Sequence record: MN445184
DNA length: 64,000 nt
Reading direction: 5' to 3' (one strand)
DNA from: Escherichia phage vB_EcoA_4HA11
Position numbers and translations under genes: made by a program. The notes below the pieces were generated by a model. The model was not told where the DNA came from, ran no database searches, and worked only from the letters and a program-made list of their open reading frames with translations. Shown piece after piece: positions 19,535 to 30,959 of the stretch (position 1 is its first letter; each line of letters opens with the position of its first letter).

Positions 19535-20285
19535 ATCCCATCATGAAATCAATGGGGTATTGCTGACCAGTACGCAATTCTTCCTCCAACCGCTCTATCT
19601 CGGTCTCGGCCTCACTGAACATACTATCACCATCCAGTTCGATACCACCAGGGAGACGGATGCCTCTTGCCTTCTTAAGCACCTCTGCCCAACGGCGCTT
19701 GACCAATGCAGTCGCATACGCTTTCAACCACATATCATTCCATGCTTCAGCGTTTTCTTCCGATTCGGGGTCGATATTTTGATAACAACGAAAAGCCAGG
19801 GTTTCATCAACAATGGCAGCAAACTGCGGGTAAAGGCGTCGCTGGAACTTCTTGTACACAAAATTACGGCGAACATTTAAGACGCTTGTGATATCCGACA
19901 GGCGTTGTTGCATGGAAACATAATCAATGAGACGAATAGAAACCAGCGCTGCTTTGGGGACAAGCATTGCTTGAGCCATTTGCCATTGAGGAGTTGCCCA
20001 GTTTCCGATTGACTCAATAGGAGGTCCAGGGATAACTTCAATCACATCGTCAATATCATCGGGAAATTCTATATACCCCTTGTCAATATCTTCTTGTTTA
20101 ACTTGGTACAGGAAGAACGCATCTTGGCTACCATCACGATGATATTCCCAAAATTTCTGCAGAGCATCATCGACTGCATCTTCGACTTGTGAACTGTCAA
20201 GGTTAATTTGGATCACAGGAGCGCCCAATTTACGCAAGACATAATTCATAAAAGATTTTTTGTCTCGAATCTTATTGACGGCCAT
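19533..20285 (-). CDS. neck protein (gp13 position)
   Basis: Start reset to internal ATG (MAVNKIR) with AAGGGGAA SD; synteny. Confidence 0.45.
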   Translation of the reverse strand: MAVNKIRDKKSFMNYVLRKLGAPVIQINLDSSQVEDAVDDALQKFWEYHRDGSQDAFFLYQVKQEDIDKGYIEFPDDIDDVIEVIPGPPIESIGNWATPQWQMAQAMLVPKAALVSIRLIDYVSMQQRLSDITSVLNVRRNFVYKKFQRRLYPQFAAIVDETLAFRCYQNIDPESEENAEAWNDMWLKAYATALVKRRWAEVLKKARGIRLPGGIELDGDSMFSEAETEIERLEEELRTGQQYPIDFMMG

Positions 20286-20613
20286 TGTTATTCCCCTTTT
20301 GCTGCAAATCAGATACAGTAATCCGCAGTGTGCGAACATCATCTGAAAGACTGCTGCTATTGAGTTTTAACTCAGCCATGTTTTGTTTGACATATGCGAG
20401 GTCAGTATTCATGATCGCCATACGTTCACTCATGTCATTCACTTTCTGAAGAACTTGATCCATCTTGTTGGAATCTCGTTCCAATACATTCACGCGCGTT
20501 TCCATCCCGCCCATGAACCAAAGGAACGATGCTGCCGAGACCAATGCAGAAGCCACGACAGCGGTTAAGATACCACGGATGTCAAGCCCCGTTCTTTCAG
20601 CTTGCGTCGCCAT
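20272..20613 (-). CDS. membrane-anchored coiled-coil protein
   Basis: 113 aa, one hydrophobic segment then heptad-like region. Confidence 0.5.
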   Translation of the reverse strand: MATQAERTGLDIRGILTAVVASALVSAASFLWFMGGMETRVNVLERDSNKMDQVLQKVNDMSERMAIMNTDLAYVKQNMAELKLNSSSLSDDVRTLRITVSDLQQKGNNNGRQ

Positions 20614-20845
20614 TCTGACCTCCTTCGGGGATTTCGATCCCCAACTTTTCGGCCATCATTTTGATTGTCGCCTCCAGATTAGATATCTGGTTTGATTGTT
20701 CAACAATGGTGGCTTCACGGGTTTCATTGCGTTGACGGGCTTGCAATGCAGCCATGCCAGCGGCGTGATCGGTGCAAATAATCGCGCCAGGGCAAGAACT
20801 GCTTCTCAACATGGATGCGTGCCCCTGTACTTTCACTCCACGCAT
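20597..20845 (-). CDS. hypothetical protein
   Basis: ORF-track start is GTG; reset to ATG (MRGVKV) with AGAGGA SD. Confidence 0.4.
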   Translation of the reverse strand: MRGVKVQGHASMLRSSSCPGAIICTDHAAGMAALQARQRNETREATIVEQSNQISNLEATIKMMAEKLGIEIPEGGQNGDAS

Positions 20846-20897
20846 ATCTTTATCCTCTATTGGTTTGGTGGGCTTTACGCCCACCTTTCAACATTAT

Positions 20898-23800
20898 TTA
20901 TGCCAGAGCAATAAGACGGAAGTCTTTGAATGATGGAGGAGCAACGCGGTTCCCCCGTACAAGCGCTCGGACTTTCAGGCCAACAAACGGGTTATTGCTC
21001 GCCACAGTCTTGTCATACTCATATTCAAAGAATGTGGAACCGTCGTTAACCAGAGGCGAAGTTGGGGTGACGTCTTCCCAAGCCACACTATCCATCTCTT
21101 GCCCTGCTCGTAGAAGTTTCACCTGCACCTTCATCGAAGACTGAGATGGGAGCATTGCACCAAAGAACAACTTCACAGTAGAACACGGATTATCAAATCC
21201 GATGTCCTTTGTCACGTATTTGAAGACATCTTCAAATGGATCCACACCGTATGAGTTGAAGATTACGCTCAGGTCATCGCCATCAATCATTGGAGCAGTG
21301 TACACGTTGTTTTCACTACGCGTCATGGTGGCTCGGATTTGGAAATCCCCGACCTGACGATAGATACCTTCAGTCGGCAATGCCACGTCAGTGTCAGTTT
21401 CAAACTCAGCCCAATCAGACATAGAATTTGAAGTGGCATCGCGATAACGGTATTCCAATTTCAGAATTGAACCTTCCAGAGCCGAATTGGTAACGCTGGC
21501 ATAGAACATATCAACCAGATAATTGCCCAAGAAAGAAGCATTATCTCCACCGATTTGTCCATTGCTGTCTGCTGCCGTACCGACGTCAATCTTGAATGAA
21601 GTATAGCTCGCATCTGTCACAGTAAACGTTTTGTTAAGTTGTTCAGGAGTAAAGCCACAACCGCCTGTCAATTCAGAAAGAGTGACATTGTTCCCAGCAA
21701 CCAAACCATGACCAGGTGCAAACACAGTCACAACAGAAGACCCGCTTACGCAGTTCAGAGTGTTCAATCCCAACGGACGTTGTTTTGGCCCGAGCTTCGG
21801 ATCAAATGTTACAACGTTCTGTCCCGCAGCGAAGTTACAACGATATATGCGGAATTTCATATCAGCCATTTGGTTTGGAGACCATGTAGAACCGTTTGAA
21901 GAAGTGAAGAACACCCCTGTATACGGTTGTTTGGCGATATATTCGTTGGACAGAAGGTTTTTCTTGCCCATTTCCGCGATATACGCGTTGTAATCCTGAG
22001 TATTCGCCAACAAAACGATAGCAAACTCAGTCGATGCTTGCAGATACACCGGATAATCAAAGGTGAACTTCGTACCGCCGGAAGAGTCTGTAGAGATCGT
22101 CACTTCAGACGGGTTCAAAGTTTTACGAGTAATGACTGTATGAGAAGGTAAGCCATTCTCCATCTCGCGAATTTCCAGAGTGATCGGAACATCACGTGAC
22201 TTGGTAGAGAAGAATACTTCCACGCCTTCAATATACTCGCCGCCATTCTTAGTCGCTACCATAAACGATTGGGCAATCGGATCACGCCATTGGTCGACCA
22301 CAACTTCAGAAGTGCTGGTTTCGGTGCGAGTACTAGCAGTGTAACCCAGGACACGAGTGTTGACAAAGGTCTTTTGAATACCTTGTTTCTTACCGAAAGA
22401 TTTATGAACAATTTCTGCATTGGTCAGTGTATCATCCGCAGATTTACTGTCAACAGGGCTATCCGTTAAGCGGAACACGTTATCGCCTGTGTTGAACTTG
22501 ATTGTATCGTTCTGTGGAACGCGGAATATACCTTTAACAGCACCATTGGCATCAGTGGTGATTGGGTCACCGAAATTACCACCATTCGGTTTGCAATACA
22601 GATTGACGTCACGACCAGAGAAGAACGCATACATACGAGTGAAAGGTCGCAGCCCAGATGCGTCGAAAGAAATATCGATCTCGCGCATGTATGGGATAAC
22701 TTGCGTCTCCACAATCTGTTCACCAGTCATGGTCGTGGTTGTTTTGTCCGTGTATGTATATGTGGTGACATCACGGGCAGAAACAGTCGTGCGGTAACGA
22801 TATCCCCACCACACACCACCAGCGCCATGCGGTTCCCAAACACGATCAGAAACAGAAACAGTACGCCATGTTCCGTACACTGAACCTTCTTGTACAGTAC
22901 CACGGGTGTTGATCGTTTCATTGATAATACGCGGCGCAACATAATAGTTTTCGAACCAGTAGTCTGTGGTCGGGTTAATCTTCAAGAAACCTTCCCAATT
23001 GAATACTGCATACGGGTTAACGTTGATCGTCGTCGTCGCATATTCTTGGTTCACTGAGATTTCAGGCGTGTAATTACAAACCACCATCCCATCCATCACT
23101 TTGTTCCAGCCAACAGGAGTCATGTCAACAACGTTCTGTTGTACAAACGGGCGTAGACGTCCGTTTTCGGTATCGATAGAACCCATCCAATCTTCAGACA
23201 AGTCATCAATCAACCGGAAGTCTTTGAACGGATCAGCTGCAATACCATTTTTGAAACGGGGATTGCCCGTGATGGGGTCGAACACTTGCTGTGTCATCGC
23301 TGAAGATTCCAACTGTGACAGAGAGGTATAGTATTCAACATTGGAAATACGGGTTTCCAGTTTACCGATATCGCGCATCGTATAACGACGATTGTCAATA
23401 GTGCGAATTTGGATATCATCAATATTCGGCGTATACGGTGGGATCAACAATTCATACAAACGCATGGCGTTCGCTGGGATTGCTGGAGAAGCCAGATTGT
23501 TCGAACTGATGCCACGAGCCACACCAAACACACCGTTATCTGCCAGATAAATCGCGTCAATACGCGGCAGATAATATTCTGTGTCCAGAATAACTGCAGT
23601 GTTTGGACGAACCATATCTGTGTCAGAAGTTCCGTTGGTGATTTTCGGACGGAAATCCAAACTATCTGCCAGGCCGTACACCGCGCCTGATGTAGAAGAT
23701 GTATAATTCGGGATATCTTTATAATCCATCGAAGTATACGAATCAGCAGAGAAGAAATCACCGGAACTGTGGGCGAAGTATTGATACACCACTGTATACG

Positions 23801-25736
23801 TCCCTGAGATTGCTCCAGCGCTGGATAACAAGTTAGACTTGTAATACCCTGCATCACGCTGTCCGCCATCTAGGACGAAGCTGGAGGTCACGTCTGCGCC
23901 AGTATCGTTTTTGACCGACACCAATTTCCAACCATCGTGATTCGCCAAAGGGCGGCTAGTCTGCGAGGTGAACGTCACTGTTTCAGTTGTTTCAGTGATG
24001 GTCTTCGTTTTGATTGTGGCCGTGGTACGAATCATCAGCGCCAGCAAATTGATTGACTGGTTAGCATTACCACTGCCCAGAGAAATCTGCAACGCCGAAC
24101 CGACCGGAGAACCAGTCAAAGACAAAGAACCAGAGATATCGAACTGCGCTTCGGAACCATCAGATTTCGCTGCAGAGTACAACGAAAATTCTGGGGAAAA
24201 ACTATATCCCAATGGAGCAGAAATAGAACCCGCGCCGCTGTTGTCCAACGTCACTTTATACGTTCTGAGAACAGTGTAGTTGATATCCACGGAGCCAGTT
24301 GGTGCTAAAGTCTTGACACCGAATACCGGAAGAGAGAAGATCAGATCTATCATAGAACTCTGGTTAAACTGATTGGATTCCAGTTCAGCAGAGAACATGG
24401 TGATACCGCTTTCTTCGTAAGACACTTTGGTGATAGTGGATGCATCGCCAGTAACGACCAGGTCGCGCATATACAGACGAAATTCTGTTGAATTACGTTC
24501 AGCTGATATACAAAGTGCTGTAGCCTGGGTAACGCCTGAAGCATTCAGTAATTTGTATCGAACGGTGCGGGATATCACTGGCACACCTTTAGAATTCTTA
24601 GTGACCAGATAATTGCCTGTGGCCACCGCAACAGGGGTGTTGTTCAGGACATCGGTATCCCGCGCCTTATCAACGATCACCAACTCTTCCCCGACGTTTT
24701 CGATACGGCGACCGCGAACATAGGAAATACCTGGTTTCATTACAGACACGAATTTACTTTCGTCGCCGCCATCAGCAGCATTGAATACACCACCATTGTT
24801 ATTGACTTTCAGGTGTTCGCGGATGTCGATCTGGTGCGTTGAAACGTTGTAATCGCCGTTGGTTTCATACGTCCGTTGGGCCAACGTGTCTTCCAGAATA
24901 TTATAGGTGGACTGAGTCACCATAGACTGGATTTTACCATCACGAACTTTGGCCAGTTCAACAAAGTCTTCAACCACAGCATCATAATCAAATCGAGATA
25001 AGACCAGATCTATTCGAAGACGATGAGCGCCTGGGGCTTTGGAGTTAATCGTTCCCTGAGCATTTGAATAAAGGGATTCATCTTCTGTTTCAGTGACAAT
25101 GGTTTCGGTGACTTTAAATCCGATGCGGTGGGAAGTGATGTTAGAAGTTTTGTCAACGATAAGAGTTGCGTCATCAACGTCTAGGAACATCCCACGAATG
25201 AAGTAAACGCCTTTCGTCATACGAGCGACGATAGAACCAGTCACTGCAGCTGCGATACCATAACCAATACGAATGAAATTATCATTCACGTCGTAAGTCT
25301 GGAAATACAGATTATCGTTAACATGGAATCCGTCAGCATTACCCGCTTCAGTCATCTCAAGGATAGCCAGCATCGTATCAGGAGCAGACAGATCACGTTC
25401 AAGAGACAACACACGCGCTTTGGCATTATTGTCCTTCCCCAAAACGTAGAGTTCAGAAATACCTTCCAGATCAGTGAATTCAGTACCACCAGCCAAAGTG
25501 AATTTCAAAGAAACTGCGGCATTGGTGATCGTCAGACCGCCAGGGATAACCATAGAACCATCTTTGAACAAATGGTTGCCTAATTTTTCAATTTGATCCT
25601 GAAGAATAGTCTGCATCTGGTTCAGTTCGCGAGTCTGAACCTTGATAGGCATCGGACGAAAAAGAATCCGTGAAAAACGTTTCCCAGGATTCCAGTCATC
25701 CCAATACGGGCGACGGTTTAAATTTGTAGATTGCAT
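20898..25736 (-). CDS. very large virion structural protein (baseplate or tail-fibre associated)
   Basis: 1612-aa uninterrupted ORF, ATG with GGAG SD, TATAAATG and ACTAAATA boxes upstream; function not resolvable from sequence. Confidence 0.8.
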   Translation of the reverse strand: MQSTNLNRRPYWDDWNPGKRFSRILFRPMPIKVQTRELNQMQTILQDQIEKLGNHLFKDGSMVIPGGLTITNAAVSLKFTLAGGTEFTDLEGISELYVLGKDNNAKARVLSLERDLSAPDTMLAILEMTEAGNADGFHVNDNLYFQTYDVNDNFIRIGYGIAAAVTGSIVARMTKGVYFIRGMFLDVDDATLIVDKTSNITSHRIGFKVTETIVTETEDESLYSNAQGTINSKAPGAHRLRIDLVLSRFDYDAVVEDFVELAKVRDGKIQSMVTQSTYNILEDTLAQRTYETNGDYNVSTHQIDIREHLKVNNNGGVFNAADGGDESKFVSVMKPGISYVRGRRIENVGEELVIVDKARDTDVLNNTPVAVATGNYLVTKNSKGVPVISRTVRYKLLNASGVTQATALCISAERNSTEFRLYMRDLVVTGDASTITKVSYEESGITMFSAELESNQFNQSSMIDLIFSLPVFGVKTLAPTGSVDINYTVLRTYKVTLDNSGAGSISAPLGYSFSPEFSLYSAAKSDGSEAQFDISGSLSLTGSPVGSALQISLGSGNANQSINLLALMIRTTATIKTKTITETTETVTFTSQTSRPLANHDGWKLVSVKNDTGADVTSSFVLDGGQRDAGYYKSNLLSSAGAISGTYTVVYQYFAHSSGDFFSADSYTSMDYKDIPNYTSSTSGAVYGLADSLDFRPKITNGTSDTDMVRPNTAVILDTEYYLPRIDAIYLADNGVFGVARGISSNNLASPAIPANAMRLYELLIPPYTPNIDDIQIRTIDNRRYTMRDIGKLETRISNVEYYTSLSQLESSAMTQQVFDPITGNPRFKNGIAADPFKDFRLIDDLSEDWMGSIDTENGRLRPFVQQNVVDMTPVGWNKVMDGMVVCNYTPEISVNQEYATTTINVNPYAVFNWEGFLKINPTTDYWFENYYVAPRIINETINTRGTVQEGSVYGTWRTVSVSDRVWEPHGAGGVWWGYRYRTTVSARDVTTYTYTDKTTTTMTGEQIVETQVIPYMREIDISFDASGLRPFTRMYAFFSGRDVNLYCKPNGGNFGDPITTDANGAVKGIFRVPQNDTIKFNTGDNVFRLTDSPVDSKSADDTLTNAEIVHKSFGKKQGIQKTFVNTRVLGYTASTRTETSTSEVVVDQWRDPIAQSFMVATKNGGEYIEGVEVFFSTKSRDVPITLEIREMENGLPSHTVITRKTLNPSEVTISTDSSGGTKFTFDYPVYLQASTEFAIVLLANTQDYNAYIAEMGKKNLLSNEYIAKQPYTGVFFTSSNGSTWSPNQMADMKFRIYRCNFAAGQNVVTFDPKLGPKQRPLGLNTLNCVSGSSVVTVFAPGHGLVAGNNVTLSELTGGCGFTPEQLNKTFTVTDASYTSFKIDVGTAADSNGQIGGDNASFLGNYLVDMFYASVTNSALEGSILKLEYRYRDATSNSMSDWAEFETDTDVALPTEGIYRQVGDFQIRATMTRSENNVYTAPMIDGDDLSVIFNSYGVDPFEDVFKYVTKDIGFDNPCSTVKLFFGAMLPSQSSMKVQVKLLRAGQEMDSVAWEDVTPTSPLVNDGSTFFEYEYDKTVASNNPFVGLKVRALVRGNRVAPPSFKDFRLIALA

Positions 25737-25756
25737 TTTGATGCTCCATAGAGTGC

Positions 25757-25776
25757 CATTTATAGAGATATTTAGT
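25757..25776 (-). promoter_or_regulatory. tandem late-promoter-like boxes (ACTAAATA and TATAAATG) upstream of the 1612-aa gene
   Basis: Read on the minus strand 20-40 nt upstream of the ATG. Confidence 0.4.
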
Positions 25777-25801
25777 ATACAGCCAACAAACAGGATAGAA
25801 A

Positions 25802-25828
25802 TAAAACCCCCGCCGAAGCGGGGTTTTT
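25802..25828 (-). terminator. intrinsic terminator after tailspike gene
   Basis: CCCCCGC-UUCG-GCGGGGG hairpin plus U-run. Confidence 0.6.
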
Positions 25829-25829
25829 A

Positions 25830-28142
25830 CTATGATCCTATAATTTTATAGGTTAGAGAAGTATTACCATCAACTGGATCAGCATCTATTCCTGTCGGTC
25901 TTGACGCTGTCTTAACCATGACACCAGCGATAGTTTGTCCAGCTGTTGCACCTACATACTTAGAACAATTTACAGAATAGAATAATTGCCTGTATTCAAT
26001 ATTACCCTGAATCTCACTTAGTACAACATAGGCCGCACCAGAATCCACTGGGCAGTTAGTATGTATGTTTACTTTTTCCGTGGTGGAGACTCTAAACATA
26101 TGGCCGCCATCTGTAGATATACCAGCAAGCCCAATTAATGATAATGTCCCACCGGTTTTGATAAGGAAGCTACTACCAGAATTTGCCTTCAAGCTACCAG
26201 TACCTTCAAAATTAACCATCGGCAACTCCGTGTTAGAGGTAATGGCTATCTCACCTGGGTTAAGATAAACTCTTTTGCACTTGAATAGCTGGCATAACTT
26301 TGAAATATTAAGTAGCTCTCTTATAGGTTTGGTTCCGTTAAATCCCCAGTTGTAGTTATTACCATTTACAGGATCTATGTATAGAGTGTCTGCTTTTACA
26401 CCAACAACATCTTTGATATAGAAAATGTCACCAACTTCCCCAAATTGGAATTGACTTCCCATATTTGTACAGTCGAGTACCAATGTAGGGTAGTTACCAG
26501 TACCTCTAACGAGTTTTAAACCACCTACTGGCATTTGTCCTCTGACAACATTTCGAGCAGTTTCTGGGCAGTTTTTAAGGAAGTACATACTATCTAGATC
26601 AGGGTCTTGTCCGGAAAGACCTACCCCTGACAACGTAACATCTGAACTGGTATTGATCAGGTAGAAACTATGTTTTTTCTTCCCACCAGATGATTCAATG
26701 TGGGGTTTATCAACCATAAATAAACCGTAGGAATCAGTATCCCGGCCAGCGTGAACAAAGTCGAATGATGCTTGTTCGATGATTGGGCTATTAAACTTAA
26801 CCTCTGAACCTGCAAACTGAGTGATGGCAACATCACCTACCTCAGTAAACCCTGCTGGTTTATACACCGCTTGTTCTAGCTCACCATTGGTATTACCAAG
26901 GCGGGAAATGTAAGCATTGTTTACAGTAGCACCGCCATTAGAGTCAATGAACACTGCGCCCTGAGTTTTATACAGGATGCGTAGATTTTCATGAACAGAA
27001 CCCCATGATGCTGACTGCAACAATCCTACTCTTGGCAGTCTTGCTGTTGTAATATCGCTCCCTGTATTCTCCCCAATAGATAACCCTTTTGTAGTGCAAC
27101 CTGCCCCACCTATCCATTTAACACCAACCTTTACACCTGGTGCTGTAATCAGGTTAAGGTTACTAATATCAATTTTTCTGGCACATGTTACAGCGTACCC
27201 ATTATCAATATCTAACCCAGTAGGATAATAATCTACATCTTTATTGAGTTTGTATGAACCATCGGGTTGTTTACGGTACACCATTAAGCTGATTGCTGCT
27301 GTATTCTTATCTACTGGGTCATAAAACAATCCTTGCTTACACTCACGAGTAAAAAAGTTTGGTGCTGGCATTTCAATTGAAACACCTGGGGGTATGTATA
27401 GCGTCTCTGTGAAACGGTATAACTTGGTCAGGTTAATTTTTACTGCTACTTTCTCCATGTACGAGTTTACAGCCGCAGCATCAGGAAGTGTTTCAGGAAC
27501 GTTGTTTATGTCTGAAAGCATTTCTTTTAATTTTGAAGTATCGTCAGCTATTCCGTCGCCTACCGCATTGTACTGTTCAGGTGTGCGTACAGTTAATACA
27601 TTATTTAGCGTCCCGTGCGGATGAACTCCAATCAACGAGCCATTGCCGTTTGCCAGTTGTGTTCTCAAAGAAGCATCACCAACACTAACCCACGCGCCAA
27701 GACCAATACCACCAGTTGATGCAGGAGTTGAACCGGCAGGGACAGCTTTAGGTAATGCTCCATCCCAGCGATACTTACCATCTGTATAAGTGAGTAATTC
27801 ATTTTTAACGTTAAGCGTAGAACCAGAATCAAACGAACCAGGTAAGGTTACGTATTCTTCACGAGATACAGCTAATGCGCCTAAGTCTACAGAACCTGCT
27901 GAATGTACAAGTACAGCAGCAGTATTAAGACTGACGGCAGTAGTACCAGAAGCAATACCAGCAGGTAAGGAATAAGCTCTTTGCGTTTCCTTGTCATAGA
28001 TAACTTTATACCCCCCTAAATCTACACCAACCGAAAAGTAAACAATCTCAGATTGCTTAACCCCAAAGTGTCTAGCTACTGCTTGTTTGTTGGTTAGGAT
28101 TCCAGTTGAACCCTTACCACCTTGACTAAACATCTCGTTCAT
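25830..28142 (-). CDS. tailspike protein with shared N-terminal anchor module (TSP1-like, 770 aa)
   Basis: N-terminal ~150 aa (VSREEYVTLPGSF...KYRWDGALPK..AGSTPASTGG.GLGAWVSVGDA) near-identical to the 698-aa and 1167-aa proteins; divergent C-terminal domain. Confidence 0.8.
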   Translation of the reverse strand: MNEMFSQGGKGSTGILTNKQAVARHFGVKQSEIVYFSVGVDLGGYKVIYDKETQRAYSLPAGIASGTTAVSLNTAAVLVHSAGSVDLGALAVSREEYVTLPGSFDSGSTLNVKNELLTYTDGKYRWDGALPKAVPAGSTPASTGGIGLGAWVSVGDASLRTQLANGNGSLIGVHPHGTLNNVLTVRTPEQYNAVGDGIADDTSKLKEMLSDINNVPETLPDAAAVNSYMEKVAVKINLTKLYRFTETLYIPPGVSIEMPAPNFFTRECKQGLFYDPVDKNTAAISLMVYRKQPDGSYKLNKDVDYYPTGLDIDNGYAVTCARKIDISNLNLITAPGVKVGVKWIGGAGCTTKGLSIGENTGSDITTARLPRVGLLQSASWGSVHENLRILYKTQGAVFIDSNGGATVNNAYISRLGNTNGELEQAVYKPAGFTEVGDVAITQFAGSEVKFNSPIIEQASFDFVHAGRDTDSYGLFMVDKPHIESSGGKKKHSFYLINTSSDVTLSGVGLSGQDPDLDSMYFLKNCPETARNVVRGQMPVGGLKLVRGTGNYPTLVLDCTNMGSQFQFGEVGDIFYIKDVVGVKADTLYIDPVNGNNYNWGFNGTKPIRELLNISKLCQLFKCKRVYLNPGEIAITSNTELPMVNFEGTGSLKANSGSSFLIKTGGTLSLIGLAGISTDGGHMFRVSTTEKVNIHTNCPVDSGAAYVVLSEIQGNIEYRQLFYSVNCSKYVGATAGQTIAGVMVKTASRPTGIDADPVDGNTSLTYKIIGS

Positions 28143-28164
28143 ACATACCTCTTTGTTTTTCTAG

Positions 28165-28195
28165 TAAGCCCCTCCTAAGAGGGGTGTATTTTTTT
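28165..28195 (-). terminator. terminator-like hairpin after tailspike gene
   Basis: CCCCTC-CTAA-GAGGGG hairpin with T-rich flank. Confidence 0.5.
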
Positions 28196-30959
28196 AAATA
28201 GAAGAATCCAATATACGGTAACTAATTAACTTAGTAGGGTCTACCGGATTAATCAGATTGTAGTATCGTGAGGCTACATAATCGTTCTCGGAAGAGAACA
28301 TACCAACATACACTTTAGCGCCCACCCCAGAACAAGCATCCCCACCAGCATTGCTATCTGAGAAGAACGTTAATGGGGAAGTTAATCCGAATATAGAATT
28401 AAATGGTACGGCTAAATAAGCGCCTCGGAATGACCGTCTGATTCTCTTACCCGTCTGAATATTAAGAATACTCCACCAGAAATATCCTGGTTTAGCACCA
28501 ATAGCTATATGATATGGTACACCACTTTGTAGTTTAAGGTCGTTAGGTAAATCCCCAGATAAAATTTGGGTTGTACCATCGCCCCCCAATAGCAAAGCAA
28601 TTGTTTGTTTTCCAGAAGCGTCTATAACTAATTGAAGATGAAGACTGTTGGATGTATCACTAAACCCTGAACCAATGGCCATGAAGTTAAATACTTCAGC
28701 TCCAGATATGGTGGGTACTACAACAGCAGCCATGGTAATACCTTCTGGACCTGCTGTTCTTGAATACAGTAATTTATCTTTGTTGGCTTGTGATAGTCTC
28801 AGACCATTTACTTGCCCTACAGAAGATGGGACACTTACATAAACAGGTGTAGTGCTAACACCATCAAATGTAGGGGTCTCGTTCATGGTTTGCAAACCAG
28901 TCTTGGAATAATTAACCAATCCGTTAATGCTCAGGTCGGAATTGGTGGGGTTGATAATATTGTTATCACCAATAAAGTTAATGCCCATATAACCAGTCTC
29001 AACCACACCATTAATGGTGACACTACAATCATTAGACAGGAACTGAAAATTGCCTGCACTAGAGTTAGCACCTGAACCACTATTCGCGGCATAATTGAGT
29101 CCTACGAATCCGTTGATAACTGCATCACTTTTGTTAAATACGATGTTGTAGAAAGTGTTGTTAGCATTGATGCCGTTACGATTGGTGTTCAATCCGTTCA
29201 TGGAAATTGAATATGAATCGCTAATCTCAATGCCATTCCCGCCACAATCTTGTACCTCAATACCATTAATAACCATATTCTGGCTGTTATTAATAGTAAT
29301 GCCTGGAAACTGTCCTACTGTACCATAAGGTTGCCAGTTAGCCCAAATGAATTTACCGCCAATAATACGACCATTACCACAACCATCAAGAACTAGACAT
29401 TGTTTACCGCAGGTATTAACCTGGATATTTGTCCAAGTCCAATCAGTAGTAGCACAACGGACACCCACCTGATTGATGTGGTTGACTAAAAGAGAATCTG
29501 TAGTAACACTAAAGTTACCACTATCAATATTTAACCCATATTCATCAAAACCTGCTATATGGACCTTAGAAATACACAAGTCCCGTCTTGGGTCTGCGGT
29601 AGTGTGGAACGGATAATCGGCTGAGAGACCTGAAGGAGTTTCTACATAGATACCTGTTGTGCCCGCAGTAAATGACGTGCCTTGTTGTGCACCTGTGCCA
29701 TATACCCCAAAGGCGTCTAATACAATAAGGGAGCATGTATCTTTTATGGTAATACAATTCCCAGTAGCAGAAGGCAACTGATGCAACCTTGAGTAATGTA
29801 ATCCAGACCCATAAATAGACGACGTATTATATTTTAACTGGATATTGCTAACGTAATGTACACCAGTTAATTGTGTGGCCTTACCACTATCCACACAAGA
29901 TTGTACTGGAATAGTATCATCATTAGAACCACCCAAAGCACCAAACATGAATGGGTTAACTCTATCAGCATTAACACGTAACCATGCTGCGCCGCCAACA
30001 GTTTTGATCACAGTACCGTTATTATCAGTCTTTCCTGTACCATCAATTAACGCACGGAATACCCCTCCACCAAGAAGAGTACCCGCAGTGTGTTGCTTAA
30101 GAATAATGCGTTGTCCATCCATAGTGGGTTCAGTATTCCTGAGATCAGCAACAGAATGGCATTCTCCAATATACTTGGCACCATCATTGCGCCCCAGAGT
30201 GTTTATCACATTAATAAATGAATCTTCTAAAGGCAACAAATCAACCTGCACATCACCTGGGTTGTAATTCAATTTCCCAGCAGATACAGAAGAAATGACA
30301 GAACCATCAGGAATGGTTGGTAAACCATAACTGGTTTGCGTCGCTATATCATAAACAACTTTCTTCCCATCCAACAAAGATATGGTGTCCGTACTAACGA
30401 TGACTTCAGAGTCTTTTACATTAGCAGAACGGGCGATTTCTTGAATACTTCGGTCAAACGCCGGACTGATATTCGGTTGTTTAACAGACATTTCAGCGAC
30501 TACCCAAACGCCTGCAGTCAGTGCAGTTTGCAAAGACACTTTCCCTGTCGTGCTGTTATAGGAATATTCAATTTCGGGTGTTTTGTACTCGCCACCGATA
30601 TAAAGAGATTGGACACCATAGGATGTGAAATCAGGAGTGAACTCGGTTTCACCCCCTACGGCTTGAAATTTGTATATGCGGATACCTTTGGCTGTATCTT
30701 CTGGCGAAAGAATTTTATCGAATAAGCAATACACAACATCGCCTTTGGACAATGCGCGCCCGAGATTCAACGTATTTCCTTCGATTTCAAAGTTGTCTAA
30801 GGGAACTTGCATACCACCGTTGATTGTGACTACGCCAGTGACAGGATAGAACGGCAAGGAAAGGAAAGTTTCTCCACCAACATTTGATTTATACGTGAAA
30901 GGAATCTGGTGGGGAGCTGTGATTACGCCGCCGAATAATTCTTCTACATTTCTGGTCAT
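28194..30959 (-). CDS. tailspike protein (TSP2-like, about 921 aa)
   Basis: Divergent copy of the shared module internally; start taken as MTRN by analogy with the conserved leader; in-frame ATG 15 nt upstream cannot be excluded. Confidence 0.75.
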   Translation of the reverse strand: MTRNVEELFGGVITAPHQIPFTYKSNVGGETFLSLPFYPVTGVVTINGGMQVPLDNFEIEGNTLNLGRALSKGDVVYCLFDKILSPEDTAKGIRIYKFQAVGGETEFTPDFTSYGVQSLYIGGEYKTPEIEYSYNSTTGKVSLQTALTAGVWVVAEMSVKQPNISPAFDRSIQEIARSANVKDSEVIVSTDTISLLDGKKVVYDIATQTSYGLPTIPDGSVISSVSAGKLNYNPGDVQVDLLPLEDSFINVINTLGRNDGAKYIGECHSVADLRNTEPTMDGQRIILKQHTAGTLLGGGVFRALIDGTGKTDNNGTVIKTVGGAAWLRVNADRVNPFMFGALGGSNDDTIPVQSCVDSGKATQLTGVHYVSNIQLKYNTSSIYGSGLHYSRLHQLPSATGNCITIKDTCSLIVLDAFGVYGTGAQQGTSFTAGTTGIYVETPSGLSADYPFHTTADPRRDLCISKVHIAGFDEYGLNIDSGNFSVTTDSLLVNHINQVGVRCATTDWTWTNIQVNTCGKQCLVLDGCGNGRIIGGKFIWANWQPYGTVGQFPGITINNSQNMVINGIEVQDCGGNGIEISDSYSISMNGLNTNRNGINANNTFYNIVFNKSDAVINGFVGLNYAANSGSGANSSAGNFQFLSNDCSVTINGVVETGYMGINFIGDNNIINPTNSDLSINGLVNYSKTGLQTMNETPTFDGVSTTPVYVSVPSSVGQVNGLRLSQANKDKLLYSRTAGPEGITMAAVVVPTISGAEVFNFMAIGSGFSDTSNSLHLQLVIDASGKQTIALLLGGDGTTQILSGDLPNDLKLQSGVPYHIAIGAKPGYFWWSILNIQTGKRIRRSFRGAYLAVPFNSIFGLTSPLTFFSDSNAGGDACSGVGAKVYVGMFSSENDYVASRYYNLINPVDPTKLISYRILDSSI